The notes: generated from the letters alone by a model not told the origin. A stretch of 64,000 nt of DNA from Flavobacteriales bacterium (GCA_040377305.1 JBEIPA010000005.1:32001-96000), one strand, 5' to 3'; shown: positions 1-11,420, counted from the stretch's first letter. Numbers and translations: made by a program.

Positions 1-432
1 GTTTATTGTATTTTTTTGTTTTACGCTTATGGCTACACAGATGAGTGGACCCACCAATATGAAAAACAAACCGCATTTTATTTTATACCCATCCTTACCC
101 TGGCCATTTGTGATCCCCTTGCCGCACTGGCAGGAAAACGTTTCCCGATCAAATTCTATAGGGTTGGTGAAGGAAATAAATCATTCGGAGGTTCAATTGC
201 ATTTTTTATTTCAGCAGCATTGATCTGTTTAATTATTGTCTATGGCGGTCTTGCAGGAATACATGCGCTTTCCAGTGCATTGATCATGTCGTTAGTCATA
301 GCTTTGCTCACAACACTTGCCGAAGCTGTCAGCCGCAACGGATTCGACAACCTTACAATTCCGGCTACAGCAATGCTTGTTTTGTATCTGTTTTCACACT
401 TCACGGATCTTTATCATACTATTCATCGCTGA
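1..432 (+). CDS. Dolichol/phytol kinase-like (cytidylyltransferase family) membrane protein, 5'-truncated by window edge
   Basis: Frame open from base 1; motifs DPLAALAGK, KSFGGS, EAVS..GFDNLTIP; multiple TM segments. Confidence 0.75.
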   Translation, partial: VYCIFLFYAYGYTDEWTHQYEKQTAFYFIPILTLAICDPLAALAGKRFPIKFYRVGEGNKSFGGSIAFFISAALICLIIVYGGLAGIHALSSALIMSLVIALLTTLAEAVSRNGFDNLTIPATAMLVLYLFSHFTDLYHTIHR

Positions 433-1439
433 TGCTTTCGGTCGAAACGTTTTTGCCATCACAAACGCACCGGCTTTTTGCTGAGTTGCCGCCGGTATTG
501 TACCCGGCAATTTTACTTCCCCTGCAACGCACAGGTGATACGATCAACATGCAATATGCAGCTGCGGGAATTGCCGTGCTGGAAAACGGAAAGATTGCCG
601 GGCGATTGGTTCTGTACGCTGCTACCGGAATTTTAATGGGTGGAAAAAAGACACTTGTGCTTGGAAATTATGAGTGTATCAATAATCAACAAGCGGCGGC
701 GCATTTACTTGAAGCCGCTGAACACTTTGCCCGCATGGAGGGATTTGAAATCCTTCTCGGTCCAATGAATGGAACAACATGGGACACTTATCGTTTTTGT
801 ACAAATCCAGAAGCGGGATCATTTTTTTCAGAGATGGTACATCAACCGTATTACCCGGGACAATGGGAACAAGCGGGATTTAAGTCCATCGCAGATTATA
901 TTTCCACCATCGACAAAAATAAAAGTTGCGATAACGAAGCCACACTCCAGGCAGAAAACAAATTGATCGCAAACGGCATCCGTTTCCGAAACATTAATCT
1001 CGCGCGTTATGAGCAGGAATTAGAAGCGCTTTTTCCTTTATGCGAAAAAGCATTTTCGCGTAATTTCCTGTACACACCCATTTCGTGGAATATTTTCAGA
1101 GAGAAATACCTTGCTGTACGTCCTTATATCGTATCCGAAATGGTTTTTATCGCTGAACGCGCAAATGGTTCATTGGCGGGTTTTGCATTTAATTTTCCCG
1201 ATCATTTATGCAAAACTGAAAAGCGAATGATCGTAAAAACCCTCGCGCGCGATCCTGAACCTGATCTGAAAGGATTGGGTGACGTGTTGGGGAATTATTC
1301 ACAACGTTTTGCGCGCGATAATAATTTCGATGCAATCATTCATGCGTTGATCTACAGCGGAAATTATTCACGCAACCTTTCGGAGCAATACAGCGCATCG
1401 GCTTTTAAACAGTATTCGCTTTATGCTAAAGAAATATGA
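432..1439 (+). CDS. GNAT-fold N-acyltransferase-like protein
   Basis: 335 aa; GNYEC..GPMNG motif and C-terminal KTLA..P..KGLG acetyl-CoA-binding-like loop; coupled to neighbours. Confidence 0.6.
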   Translation: MLSVETFLPSQTHRLFAELPPVLYPAILLPLQRTGDTINMQYAAAGIAVLENGKIAGRLVLYAATGILMGGKKTLVLGNYECINNQQAAAHLLEAAEHFARMEGFEILLGPMNGTTWDTYRFCTNPEAGSFFSEMVHQPYYPGQWEQAGFKSIADYISTIDKNKSCDNEATLQAENKLIANGIRFRNINLARYEQELEALFPLCEKAFSRNFLYTPISWNIFREKYLAVRPYIVSEMVFIAERANGSLAGFAFNFPDHLCKTEKRMIVKTLARDPEPDLKGLGDVLGNYSQRFARDNNFDAIIHALIYSGNYSRNLSEQYSASAFKQYSLYAKEI

Positions 1440-2032
1440 AGCGACGGACCAAAATATTTATCGGCGTATTGCTAACCCTTGTTGTGACCGGATGTCTCAC
1501 GATCTGGTTTAGCCCTTATGGTAAACACAACGGTTACGAGTACAAGTTGGTCTATACTTCAATTGACATTGATGTGCCGCCGGATTCAGTTTTTAAGTAT
1601 TTAGGAAATTCTGATAACGCGCAGGATTGGTCAGTGTACGTCGATCATATTATTCCGCTCAACAACGATAGTTTTCCGGATGGTGTTGCCGGTGCAAGAA
1701 GACGCTGTTTTCAAAATGCGGACGAAAAAGGGATTTGGTGGGATGAGTTAATTACAGTCGTTGAGCCCGGTAAACGCCGGCAGCTTACGATCTATAACAT
1801 GCATGATTTTCCAATAGATGCAAATGGACTTGCGACAGAACAATTGTATGAACCGCTTGCCAATGGATCAAAATGCCGGTTGACGTTTACCGTTTTCTAT
1901 TTGAATCACGAGCCATCCATCGGGGAAACACTTAAAACTTATTTTGCTGGGTATACAATTAAAAGTGTTTTTGAAAATAATCTTGCCAATATAAAGCGGC
2001 TTACCGAGGAAAAATATGCAGCAAAACAATAA
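1436..2032 (+). CDS. SRPBCC (polyketide cyclase/START-like) family protein with N-terminal membrane anchor
   Basis: SIDIDVPPDSVF..L....DW pattern, C-terminal helix ENNLANIKRLTE; N-terminal hydrophobic segment. Confidence 0.7.
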   Translation: MKRRTKIFIGVLLTLVVTGCLTIWFSPYGKHNGYEYKLVYTSIDIDVPPDSVFKYLGNSDNAQDWSVYVDHIIPLNNDSFPDGVAGARRRCFQNADEKGIWWDELITVVEPGKRRQLTIYNMHDFPIDANGLATEQLYEPLANGSKCRLTFTVFYLNHEPSIGETLKTYFAGYTIKSVFENNLANIKRLTEEKYAAKQ

Positions 2033-3530
2033 CGTCAGCGAACTTTTTTTTGCAGCAGCAGAAAAATGGCCCTCGAAACCTGCGCTAATCAGTTCGGATG
2101 ATCGCGTACTTACTTTCGGTGAGCTGGCGCGTGAGGTAAATGATACGGCGGCGTATTACCGTTCGAAAGGAATCGGTAAAGGCGATCGTGTGCTGATCTT
2201 TGTGCCGATGGGAATTCCATTGTATCGTTCCTTGCTTGCGTTGTTCCGCATTGGGGCAGTTGCTATTTTTCTCGACGAGTGGGTGAGCAAAGAGCGATTG
2301 GAAGTTTGTTGCCGGCTGGCAAAATGCAAAGTTTTTATTGCACCCTTAAAATTGCGCGCGCTGGCATTGTTTTCGAAAGAAGTCCGCAAAATTCCTATCT
2401 GGCTAGGACCGGATCATAAAAAAGTTGCTGCACAAACTTTTGAACAAACTACTTCTGATGATACAGCGCTGATCACATTTACAACCGGCTCAACCGGCAT
2501 TCCAAAAGCAGCTGATCGCACGCATGGATTTCTTGCTGCGCAATTCAACGCGCTCGTTGATAAGATTCAACCGAAAATTTCAGACATCGATATGCCGGTG
2601 TTGCCAATCGTGCTGCTGTTAAATCTCGGAACCGGAGTTACCTCTGTCATTGCAGGATTTAACGCACGCAAACCCGAAACAATTGACACGAATGCAATCT
2701 GGCAACAGCTCGTTCGCCATCGTGTGAATCGATTCACTGCTTCGCCTTATGTGGTGGAACGATTGGCTGCAACAGAATTTAGCGGTAAACCGGCTATTCG
2801 TTTTTTTACCGGTGGTGCACCTGTATTTCCTATGCAGGCGAATGTAATGCTGAACGGCTTGCCGGGTTCAACCATAGAAATTGTTTATGGTTCCACCGAG
2901 GCTGAACCCATCAGTAGCATTGCAGCAACAGAGCTTGCCACACAACAGCACATGCTGGAAAATGGTTTGCCCGTGGGTGCAATTTATGAAGGAACAAAAT
3001 TGATCATTCTGCCAATCGTTGATGCGCCGGTTGAAATTGATTCTGATGATGGATTACGGAAATTATCTTTGCCCGCAGGAAGTGTCGGGGAAATTACAGT
3101 AAGTGGTGCGCATGTGCTGAAACATTATATCGATAATCCGGAAGCGGAAAAACGCAACAAAATTTTCACTGCTGAGCAAGTCTGGCACCGCACGGGCGAC
3201 GCAGGTTTTGTGGATGAAACCGGGAAACTTTTTCTCTGCGGACGTTGCAGCATGCTCATTCATGTAAACGGTAAAATGCTTGCGCCGTTTTTATGGGAAG
3301 GTTGGTTTGCCGCGCTTCCCGGCATCCGCACCGGTACGCTATTGAAAAAGGAGGAGCAGATCATTGCTGTATTAGAAGCCGGCGCAGATTGCAACAAGGA
3401 AGAAATCAAAAAACAAACAATGGAGAAATTTCCTTTCGATAAGATCATCTTCACCGAAAAAATACCGCGCGACCCAAGGCATTTTTCAAAAATTGATTAC
3501 GGGAAATTAACTGAGGAAATTAGATTTTGA
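2016..3530 (+). CDS. AMP-dependent synthetase/ligase (OleC-like)
   Basis: ANL motifs FTTGSTGIPK, YGSTEAEP, WHRTGDAG; C-terminal DPRHFSKIDY typical of OleC-like ligases. Confidence 0.85.
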   Translation: MQQNNNVSELFFAAAEKWPSKPALISSDDRVLTFGELAREVNDTAAYYRSKGIGKGDRVLIFVPMGIPLYRSLLALFRIGAVAIFLDEWVSKERLEVCCRLAKCKVFIAPLKLRALALFSKEVRKIPIWLGPDHKKVAAQTFEQTTSDDTALITFTTGSTGIPKAADRTHGFLAAQFNALVDKIQPKISDIDMPVLPIVLLLNLGTGVTSVIAGFNARKPETIDTNAIWQQLVRHRVNRFTASPYVVERLAATEFSGKPAIRFFTGGAPVFPMQANVMLNGLPGSTIEIVYGSTEAEPISSIAATELATQQHMLENGLPVGAIYEGTKLIILPIVDAPVEIDSDDGLRKLSLPAGSVGEITVSGAHVLKHYIDNPEAEKRNKIFTAEQVWHRTGDAGFVDETGKLFLCGRCSMLIHVNGKMLAPFLWEGWFAALPGIRTGTLLKKEEQIIAVLEAGADCNKEEIKKQTMEKFPFDKIIFTEKIPRDPRHFSKIDYGKLTEEIRF

Positions 3531-3691
3531 TTTTCTCTATGCGCCGTTGTGTCTTAGCTTGCCTGTTGGATCTACAATTCTCCGGATTCACTGCGCTTGT
3601 TGATTGTGTAGCACCGTTGTTTTCTGAATCACAGAAATATCGCGACACTGGTGTCATTGTGCATGGTGACAAATTGAAAATCAACCGCCAA

Positions 3692-3709
3692 TCCCGATAG
3701 CTATCGGGA
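3692..3709. repeat. Short palindromic REP-like element TCCCGATAGCTATCGGGA
   Basis: Perfect 18-bp palindrome; related CCCGATAAAATCGGG at 63550-63564. Confidence 0.5.
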
Positions 3710-3744
3710 GCCAAAACGCCAAGAGGATTGTTGTAAATTGCGTT

Positions 3745-4620
3745 ATGCGATCGTGGTTAATGGTTCTTTTGTGCTTCGCGTCGAATATGTGCTTCGCGCA
3801 AACGAACACGCTTAGTGGTGTCGTGCAGGATTCGTTGGACAATCCGATTCCGTATGCAACCGTGGTTGAGCAGCACGGACGCGCAGGTGAAATTGCTAAC
3901 TCAGTTGGCTATTTTACGATCATCATTCCCGACTCTTTGATGAATTCAGTCATCACGATTTCTTGTCTCGGTTATGAGTCGAAACAGGTAACGATTAGCA
4001 CGTTGAAATCTGACATGACGAATACGATCGTGCTCAGGGAAAAAACAGTGGTTTTGACTCCTGTCTCTGTTGTCGCATTACAAACGAGATACTGTCCCGA
4101 TGTAGTTGGCACGAAAAAGAAACGAGCGTTCGGCAACTTTCTCATGAAGGCGGGATGGGAAATGGCGGTCCTGATTCCAACGACACTTGCCGACACCGGA
4201 TTCATTAGCGCGGTTAGATATTACATTACCAAGGAAGGCGTTCCGACTGCTCCGTTTCGTGTAAAACTGTACGACGTCGATCCTGTAACGCAACAGCCGG
4301 GCAACATTTTATTGGATCACGATACGATTGTTCATGCAGTGAAAGGGGGCCAATGGCTGGAAGTAGACCTTCGTTCATTTAATATTCCGATTCCGGCAAA
4401 TGGTTTCTTTGTAGCAATGCAATGGCTTCCAACAGCTGAGGAATATTCGAAAACACTTGGTGACAGAACAATTATTGCGAACGGACAAGCAGTTGGTTTG
4501 TACAGGGATGATACAAGGATCCACTACGTAAGAGATATGACACATGACTGGTTCTGCTTCAACCAAATTGCGGCGCAACATCCAATGTTCGGAGCTGTAC
4601 TGTCGAAGGAATGTAAATAA
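3745..4620 (+). CDS. Secreted carboxypeptidase-regulatory-like domain protein
   Basis: Signal peptide; G.V.D....PIPYATV and ISCLGYE motifs. Confidence 0.75.
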   Translation: MRSWLMVLLCFASNMCFAQTNTLSGVVQDSLDNPIPYATVVEQHGRAGEIANSVGYFTIIIPDSLMNSVITISCLGYESKQVTISTLKSDMTNTIVLREKTVVLTPVSVVALQTRYCPDVVGTKKKRAFGNFLMKAGWEMAVLIPTTLADTGFISAVRYYITKEGVPTAPFRVKLYDVDPVTQQPGNILLDHDTIVHAVKGGQWLEVDLRSFNIPIPANGFFVAMQWLPTAEEYSKTLGDRTIIANGQAVGLYRDDTRIHYVRDMTHDWFCFNQIAAQHPMFGAVLSKECK

Positions 4621-4650
4621 CCATATCCCGTTTTCGCTGGACAGTATCCC

Positions 4651-4818
4651 GGCTTTTATATTCGACCCCTTCAGGGTCGGGTTGAATCACGGGCATTTTT
4701 TCTATTAACATTGAAACCCTAACGGGGTTCACTTGCAAGCGACGCTGAAGGCGTCGAATGTTAATAGAAAAAATACGTTCTCGGTACACCGACCCTGAAG
4801 GGGTCGAATATAAAAGCC
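4651..4818. repeat. REPIN-like nested inverted repeat
   Basis: Perfect 30-bp IR (4651-4680/4789-4818) and inner perfect 18-bp IR (4695-4712/4757-4774), with small GC hairpins such as GACCCCTTCAGGGTC; between convergent genes. Confidence 0.8.
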
Positions 4819-4829
4819 ACAATCCGTTC

Positions 4830-7800
4830 TCAGAAAGCAATCGGCGTCAACGTCCTGATCGCTGATTTCACACTCGTAATTCCCTCGAAACTCAACGTCA
4901 ACTTCTGGTTGTTCTCTTTCATCTTCACCTGACGATTCGCCTGAACGAACTGCAGCACTTTTGTAAATGCTTCTGATTGGTAATACGGAGAAGTCTGCTT
5001 CTGGATGAAGTAACCAGTCATGCGGCGATTCTTCAGCACCAGTCGTTCGAAACCGATTGCCATCGCGAGCCAACGTAAACGCACAGTATCGATGAGCTCT
5101 TCAACCTGCGAAGGAATTGCTCCGAAACGATCGCGCAGCATATTCTCGAAGCGGTTGAGATCGTCGTCTGTCTTGCTGTCATCGAGCTGACGATATAAGG
5201 AAAGTCGTTCGGTGATATTTTCCACATACCCATCCGGAATAAGAATTTCCATGTCGGTGTCGATCTGCGTGTCTCGAACGAAAATTCCGCGGTGCTTGGT
5301 GTGAACTGTTCTCTCTTCGGTGCGCAGTTCGGCTTCTTCCTGCTGGAACAAATCTTTGAACTCGGTTTCTTTGAGTTCCTGAATGGCTTCGTCGAGAATT
5401 TTCTGATACATATCGAAGCCAATATCACCAATGAAACCACTTTGTTCTCCACCCAAAAGATTTCCTGCACCTCGAATGTCGAGATCGCGCAAGGCAATAT
5501 GAAATCCGGAACCGAGATCAGAGAATTCTTCGATCGCTTTCAAACGACGTTGTGCTTCTCCGGTGAGCATGAACGCTGGCGGAGCAATCAGATAACAAAA
5601 CGCTTTCCGGTTCGACCGCCCTACCCGGCCGCGCATCTGGTGCAAATCACTCAATCCAAAATTCTGCGCGTCGTTGATGATCATCGTGTTTGCATTCGAA
5701 ACGTCCAAGCCGGATTCGATGATGGTTGTAGAAACCAGAACATCGTACTGACCTTCCACAAAATCGACCATGATTTCCTCGAGCTTGCCCGATTCCATTT
5801 GTCCGTGACCGATGGCAACACGCGCATTCGGCACAAGACGTGAAATCATTCCGGCCGTTTCGCGAATTGAACTCACGCGATTGTGTACGAAGAAGACTTG
5901 TCCGCCCCGTTGCAATTCGTAAGAAACGGCATCCCGTACTAATTCTTCACTGAACGTATGCAATTCGGTTTGTACCGGAAAACGATTCGGTGGCGGTGTG
6001 TTGATGATGCTCAAATCTCGCGCACTCATCAGCGAGAACTGAAGTGTACGCGGAATCGGTGTTGCAGTTAAGGTAAGCGTATCAACTTCTGTACGCAGTG
6101 TTTTCAGTTTGTCTTTTGCAGCAACACCAAACTTTTGCTCCTCATCGATGATGAGCAATCCAAGGTCTTTGAACTTCACGTCCTTCCCAACGATGGAATG
6201 TGTTCCGATTAGAATGTCGACTTCTCCTTTCGCGACCCTGAGCAAAGTTTCTTTTTTCTCCGCAGCAGTTCTGTAGCGATTGATGTACGCCACATTCGCA
6301 GGAAGATCCTTCAGGCGCTCGCTGAATGTTTTATAGTGTTGCAAAGCAAGAATCGTTGTGGGCACAAGCACTGCAACCTGCTTACTATCGCACACCGCTT
6401 TGAATGCAGCACGTATAGCAACTTCTGTTTTTCCGAAACCAACATCACCGCAAACGAGTCGATCCATCGGACGCTCTTTCTCCATATCGCGTTTCACATC
6501 CTGCGTTGCCTTCAGCTGATCGGGCGTGTCTTCGTAAATGAAGCTGGCTTCGAGTTCGTGTTGCAAGTAGTTATCCGGAGAAAAACGGAATCCCTTCTGC
6601 GACTTTCGCTGTGCATAAAGCTTGATCAGATCGAACGCAATTTCCTTGACGCGAATTTTCGTTTTCGCTTTCAGATTCTGCCACGCCTGTGAACCGACTT
6701 TGTCAATGCGCGGAACTTCGCCTTCTCTACCCGCAAATTTCGAAATGCGATGCAGGGAGTGAATGCTCACGTACACAATATCTCCATCGCGGTACACGAG
6801 ACGAATAGCTTCCTGCAACCTTCCACTCACCTCGATTTTCTCCAGTCCGCCGAAACGACCAACACCGTGATCGATGTGTACAACATAGTCGCCCGGATTC
6901 AATCCGCGTAATTCTTTCAGCGACATTGCCTCCTTCTTTCGCTGGAAGCCGTCGCGCAAACGGAAACGATGATATCGTTCGAAAATCTGGTGATCGGTAA
7001 AACACGCGAGCTTTAATTCATGATCACTAAAGCCTTCGTGAATCGACAACACCATTGGATGATAATCGAGCTTACGACCTATGTCTTCAAATATCTTGTA
7101 AAGTCGCTCCGACTGTTTTGCACTGTCGGTGAAAATTACGTTCGTGTATCCGGCTACCGTATTCTTCGAAAGAGCCTGGGTTAACAGATCGAAGTTCTTC
7201 TGGAAAGTTGGTTGCGGAGAAATATTGTAATCTGTTCCATCAACATCTTTAAACAGAAAACGATTTCCGAATTCGATTACGTGAAAATTCAGAATGCCTT
7301 TTCTGAACGCTTCATCGCTGATGTATTGATCGATCGGAGGTAATCGCGCAATAGCAGCATCCTTTATTTCTTCGTCATAAACTTTTTGCGCGACATCGAA
7401 TTCTTTTTGGATCGCGCCTTCGCTTTGCTCTACATCGTAGATCCAAAGGGCATTTGGAGCCTCGCCGTGACGCGCACTCTGAAAATAACTCAGGAATGAT
7501 TCGCGATTTTCTGAAAGCAGTTTGCCCTGTACGTTCGGAATGATCGTCAGGTGATCGATATTTTTCAGCGACAATTGCGTGAGTGCGTCGAATGTGCGGA
7601 TAGAATCGACTTCATCGCCGAAAAACTCCAAACGATACGGGTGTTCGTGCGCGAATGAAAACACATCGACAATTCCACCACGCACCGCGTATTGTCCGGC
7701 TTCGTAGACGTAGTCACTTCTTTCGAATCCGTACGTGTCAAGCAGATCGGTGATGAATGAAATCGATACTTTTTCTCCGCGTGAAAGTCGCAAGGTATTC

Positions 7801-8249
7801 TTCTCGAGTAGCTGTCTTGTTACCACCATTTCCGAAAGAGCATTCGGATACGTAACTACGATAACCCGTTTCTCACGACGAATTCTGTCGAGCACTTCTG
7901 CGCGCAACAAAACATTGGCGTTATCTGTTTCTTCAACCTGGTAGGGACGACGATACGACGAAGGGAAAAAGAGAACAGGAATCTGTGTTACGGTTTCTCC
8001 ATCTTCCCGTAATTCTCCCAGCAGACTTTCAAGATCGTTGAAAAAATAAGCGGCGATTTCCTTATCCGGAAGAATGAAGAGATGCGACTGAGAAGAAAGT
8101 TTCGTTGTTGCAGCTGCCACAAAAGACGCTGAAGAACCGGCTAATCCGCGGAGTTGGTAGCGATTGGGCAAAGAAGATCCCAGCACGGAAACGATTTTAC
8201 CCGTCCGTGAATCCGTCGCGACCCGCTCCAAAACTTCCCTCAACGTCAT
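4830..8249 (-). CDS. mfd: Transcription-repair coupling factor
   Basis: 1139 aa; UvrB-like N-terminus, RID ([14 protein letters not shown]), [27 protein letters not shown] motif. Confidence 0.98.
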   Translation of the reverse strand: MTLREVLERVATDSRTGKIVSVLGSSLPNRYQLRGLAGSSASFVAAATTKLSSQSHLFILPDKEIAAYFFNDLESLLGELREDGETVTQIPVLFFPSSYRRPYQVEETDNANVLLRAEVLDRIRREKRVIVVTYPNALSEMVVTRQLLEKNTLRLSRGEKVSISFITDLLDTYGFERSDYVYEAGQYAVRGGIVDVFSFAHEHPYRLEFFGDEVDSIRTFDALTQLSLKNIDHLTIIPNVQGKLLSENRESFLSYFQSARHGEAPNALWIYDVEQSEGAIQKEFDVAQKVYDEEIKDAAIARLPPIDQYISDEAFRKGILNFHVIEFGNRFLFKDVDGTDYNISPQPTFQKNFDLLTQALSKNTVAGYTNVIFTDSAKQSERLYKIFEDIGRKLDYHPMVLSIHEGFSDHELKLACFTDHQIFERYHRFRLRDGFQRKKEAMSLKELRGLNPGDYVVHIDHGVGRFGGLEKIEVSGRLQEAIRLVYRDGDIVYVSIHSLHRISKFAGREGEVPRIDKVGSQAWQNLKAKTKIRVKEIAFDLIKLYAQRKSQKGFRFSPDNYLQHELEASFIYEDTPDQLKATQDVKRDMEKERPMDRLVCGDVGFGKTEVAIRAAFKAVCDSKQVAVLVPTTILALQHYKTFSERLKDLPANVAYINRYRTAAEKKETLLRVAKGEVDILIGTHSIVGKDVKFKDLGLLIIDEEQKFGVAAKDKLKTLRTEVDTLTLTATPIPRTLQFSLMSARDLSIINTPPPNRFPVQTELHTFSEELVRDAVSYELQRGGQVFFVHNRVSSIRETAGMISRLVPNARVAIGHGQMESGKLEEIMVDFVEGQYDVLVSTTIIESGLDVSNANTMIINDAQNFGLSDLHQMRGRVGRSNRKAFCYLIAPPAFMLTGEAQRRLKAIEEFSDLGSGFHIALRDLDIRGAGNLLGGEQSGFIGDIGFDMYQKILDEAIQELKETEFKDLFQQEEAELRTEERTVHTKHRGIFVRDTQIDTDMEILIPDGYVENITERLSLYRQLDDSKTDDDLNRFENMLRDRFGAIPSQVEELIDTVRLRWLAMAIGFERLVLKNRRMTGYFIQKQTSPYYQSEAFTKVLQFVQANRQVKMKENNQKLTLSFEGITSVKSAIRTLTPIAF

Positions 8250-8269
8250 TCGGGCGCAAAGGTAATGCT

Positions 8270-8344
8270 CAATGCGCAGTATTCAATACGCAATTCGCAA
8301 TTTTCCGCTGCTATTGTGCATTGCGAATTGTCCACTGCGCATTG
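8270..8344. repeat. Imperfect inverted repeat in the mfd/SRAP divergent intergenic region
   Basis: CAATGCGCAGT...ACTGCGCATTG and CAATTCGCAAT...ATTGCGAATTG arms. Confidence 0.5.
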
Positions 8345-8356
8345 TACTTTTGAGAA

Positions 8357-9079
8357 ATGTGTTATACAGTCGCCATTAACAAACGTAAAGACGAACTCGC
8401 CCGTCGCTTCAAAGCGTCATTCGATGACGTGACGTACGACGCATCGTATGCAGTGTCTGGATTTGTGCATCCGAAGTTGCCGGTGATATTCTCCGGTTCT
8501 CCGGACAAGATTGGTGTTGCACAATGGGGATTGATTCCGCATTGGGTGAAGTCGCGTGAGCAGGCCAACGAGTTGCACAACCAAACGTTGAACGCAAAGT
8601 GCGAAACGATTTTCGAAAAGCCGAGTTTTCGTTCTTGCGCTTCCGAGCGAAAATGTTGCATTCTCGTGAATGGATTTTTCGAATGGCACACGAGCGGAAA
8701 AATAAAAATACCGCATTTTATTTATCTGAAAGATCAGGAACCATTTGCGTTGGGCGGATTATGGGAAGAGTGGACAGATCCAGTAACCGGAGAACTAATC
8801 CGTACGTGTACGATAATTACAACACCTGCCAATGAGTTGATGTCGAAAATTCACAACGAGAAGTTGCGCATGCCGTTGATCATTCCGCATGGAGAAGAAA
8901 ATAAGTGGCTAAGCACAACGGGTGAAGAGGCATCAAAACAGCTGATGCTTCCCTTTGATACTACGCAGATGTTGGCGCATCCGGTTTCAAAACTTGTGAA
9001 TGGTCGCAGCGGAAACCCGAACGTTCCGGAAGTGCAGTTGCCTGTTGCGCCAGAACCAGTTCAGGGTTCTCTTTTCTGA
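8357..9079 (+). CDS. SOS response-associated peptidase (SRAP/YedK/HMCES family)
   Basis: N-terminal MC, WGLIPHW, NAKCET, GFFEW, IHNEKLRMPLI. Confidence 0.93.
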   Translation: MCYTVAINKRKDELARRFKASFDDVTYDASYAVSGFVHPKLPVIFSGSPDKIGVAQWGLIPHWVKSREQANELHNQTLNAKCETIFEKPSFRSCASERKCCILVNGFFEWHTSGKIKIPHFIYLKDQEPFALGGLWEEWTDPVTGELIRTCTIITTPANELMSKIHNEKLRMPLIIPHGEENKWLSTTGEEASKQLMLPFDTTQMLAHPVSKLVNGRSGNPNVPEVQLPVAPEPVQGSLF

Positions 9080-9171
9080 TTTAGTTACGGAATTTGTCCT
9101 GAAAAGGTCTTAGGAGGGACATCATTAAGACTTGCCATACTCAACACGCTGCTTGCAGCCAGAGTGTAATT

Positions 9172-9984
9172 CTATCCATCCTTTCCAGGATGCGGATCGC
9201 GCGGAGGTTTGATTCCGGTGGGGTCTTTCCTCCACAAAATCAAGTACAAAGCGTACAGAATTAGCAACACCACACCAACTCCAATGCCAACGACAATGCC
9301 ACCTCCACTGAGAATAATTCCGACCCAACCAAGAATTGCGGACGCACTTAGTGTCAAAGCAAAACCGAACGAGATCATCAACGATGCAGTGAAATAGATG
9401 TAGAGTAAAATCTGTAAACGATGAAAGTGCGCACTTAACCGATACTTATCTCCTTTTTCTCCGAGGGATCTTAACGTCACGTATTTTCTTCTCAACTGCA
9501 TTGCAAGTGCAAACAACAGGGCGGCTATCAGCGGAATTGCTATCAGAAACACATACGGATTGCTCGCGAGTGCACCAGTCAATTCCAAAACAATAAGGGA
9601 CAATGGAATCACAAACGCCGCGCCTACCATGGAAGAAATAGTAGGACTCATTCTATCGTGTCCTTCTGGTTTGGGGTCATCAGCACGTTCGACCGGGCGA
9701 CTCGTTGACTCCGATCGTGTTGCTGTCGACTCACCAACTGAAGGTGCAACATCCAAATTCTCATCTGCAACAACAAGTGCGGGGTGGCTAGCTTCTGTTG
9801 GCACAATTTCTGTCCCACCACTTGCCGAAGATTCACAGAATACCGTGTCACACGTTCCTTCACGTCCGGAATTAGAATGCCAATTCACATAAAATCCGGT
9901 GCGATAGTGACGCTTCTCAACAGCACATGAGGAGAGCAATATGACTAACGACAATACAAAGAAAAGGGTGCTGAAGAGTTTCAC
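9172..9984 (-). CDS. Hypothetical lipoprotein/membrane protein
   Basis: Lipobox LSSC, low-complexity linker, about four C-terminal TM segments. Confidence 0.55.
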   Translation of the reverse strand: MKLFSTLFFVLSLVILLSSCAVEKRHYRTGFYVNWHSNSGREGTCDTVFCESSASGGTEIVPTEASHPALVVADENLDVAPSVGESTATRSESTSRPVERADDPKPEGHDRMSPTISSMVGAAFVIPLSLIVLELTGALASNPYVFLIAIPLIAALLFALAMQLRRKYVTLRSLGEKGDKYRLSAHFHRLQILLYIYFTASLMISFGFALTLSASAILGWVGIILSGGGIVVGIGVGVVLLILYALYLILWRKDPTGIKPPRDPHPGKDG

Positions 9985-10184
9985 TAAACATGAAGATACA
10001 AATTAGAATATGCGCTTGTATTTCCTGACTTCAAAAGGTCCCCGCCAAAGGATTGCTTGCTGGCGACAGAAACATTAAGCTAATCCGTGAATTGCGCAAC
10101 ACCAGAACAACAAAGTGTAACTCAATATTTCCCCCAGTCTGCATCTTTACTATAATAATTACATCCTTTAAAACTCAATCCTGA

Positions 10185-10337
10185 ATGAACAATTTACTCT
10201 ACGCCATTGCAGTGATCCTTATCATTCTTTGGGCTATCGGTTACCTCGGATACAGTTCCGGCGGGCTTATTCACATCTTACTCGTTATCGCTGTGATCGC
10301 AATAATCTTACGCCTGATCAGAGGATCCCGTCCTTGA
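10185..10337 (+). CDS. lmo0937 family small membrane protein (missed by ORF track)
   Basis: Translates to MNNLLYAIAVILIILWAIGYLGYSSGGLIHILLVIAVIAIILRLIRGSRP. Confidence 0.85.
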   Translation: MNNLLYAIAVILIILWAIGYLGYSSGGLIHILLVIAVIAIILRLIRGSRP

Positions 10338-10373
10338 AAATCTTAATTCATAAACTAATAAAATAATTAACCC

Positions 10374-10619
10374 ATGGAAAATTCAAACAACACTGGAAAA
10401 ATGATTGGTGCCTTGTTAATCGGTGTCGCAATTGGCGGCGCGCTCGGCATTTTGTTTGCTCCCGCGAAAGGAAGTGAAACACGCAAGAAACTTGCAGGTG
10501 CTGCAGGTGATTACACCGATGTACTTAAAGAGAAATTTGAAGAGTTCATCGCACAAGCGAAAAAGGAATACGAGACTCAGAAACATCAGGTAGAACAGAC
10601 CATTGAGGAAAACGCCTAG
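10374..10619 (+). CDS. YtxH domain-containing protein
   Basis: [29 protein letters not shown] signature. Confidence 0.9.
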   Translation: MENSNNTGKMIGALLIGVAIGGALGILFAPAKGSETRKKLAGAAGDYTDVLKEKFEEFIAQAKKEYETQKHQVEQTIEENA

Positions 10620-10661
10620 GTCTGTCCTGTTACCATACTTTCATTATTAAACTTCTTCAGG

Positions 10662-11003
10662 ATGGAAAATATCACTGACCAGGTGGGCGCGCTTGTAGAT
10701 GAAACTAAAAAGTTTGCGCAGACCAGCGTTGAATTATATAAGCTGAAGGCTATTGACAAATCAGCCGACATTATTTCAACGCTTGCTGCGCGACTTGCAG
10801 TCATACTCTTCGCAATTCTGTTTATCCTGATGGTGAACATTGGTATCTCCCTGTGGGTAGGCGAAATGATGGGCAAAAATTATCTCGGCTTTTTGATTGT
10901 ATCGGGATTCTACGCAATAGGAGGCATTGTTTTCTATGCGATGCGGAACCGATGGATCAAATCATCCGTGCGTAATTCTATTATTGAACAGGCCTTAAGC
11001 TGA
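10662..11003 (+). CDS. Holin-like 2-TM membrane protein (phage holin family annotation; chromosomal stress-operon type)
   Basis: ELYKLK motif followed by two TM helices; typical neighbour of YtxH. Confidence 0.7.
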   Translation: MENITDQVGALVDETKKFAQTSVELYKLKAIDKSADIISTLAARLAVILFAILFILMVNIGISLWVGEMMGKNYLGFLIVSGFYAIGGIVFYAMRNRWIKSSVRNSIIEQALS

Positions 11004-11009
11004 TCTCCC

Positions 11010-11420
11010 ATGAACAAACCAGATCCCGTACAGCTTCTTAAAGAACTGATCGCAGCCAAAGAAGTCGAACACGCGGCTCAGGAGATCGTTGTAAGAAAAC
11101 AATTACTCCAGACGTACGAGAGTTTAAAACCTCTGAACCTGATCAAAAACACATTGCGCAACGTAGTTTCATCACCAGAGCTTCGAGGCAATCTCGGAAA
11201 TACAGCAATAGGATGGCTCTCCGGAGTTGCAGTGAAAAATCTGATTCAATTCGGCTCGAGTAATCCGTTGGTAAAAATATCAGCGACCATTATTCAAATG
11301 ATTGTTGCAGGCAAAGTCACCCAAAATGCCGAAGAAATAAAATCCATAGGCGCACTCGTTGTTAAGAAAATCCTTAACCACTTCAGCTCTCCCCGACCCC
11401 CAAACCAAGTGAATGACTAA
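11010..11420 (+). CDS. Hypothetical protein of the YtxH operon
   Basis: 136-aa ORF coupled to neighbours. Confidence 0.65.
   Translation: MNKPDPVQLLKELIAAKEVEHAAQEIVVRKQLLQTYESLKPLNLIKNTLRNVVSSPELRGNLGNTAIGWLSGVAVKNLIQFGSSNPLVKISATIIQMIVAGKVTQNAEEIKSIGALVVKKILNHFSSPRPPNQVND

Noticed and set aside
10662-11003. Prophage lysis gene
   Set aside because: Holin-like protein sits in a YtxH/AI-2E operon with no phage genes nearby
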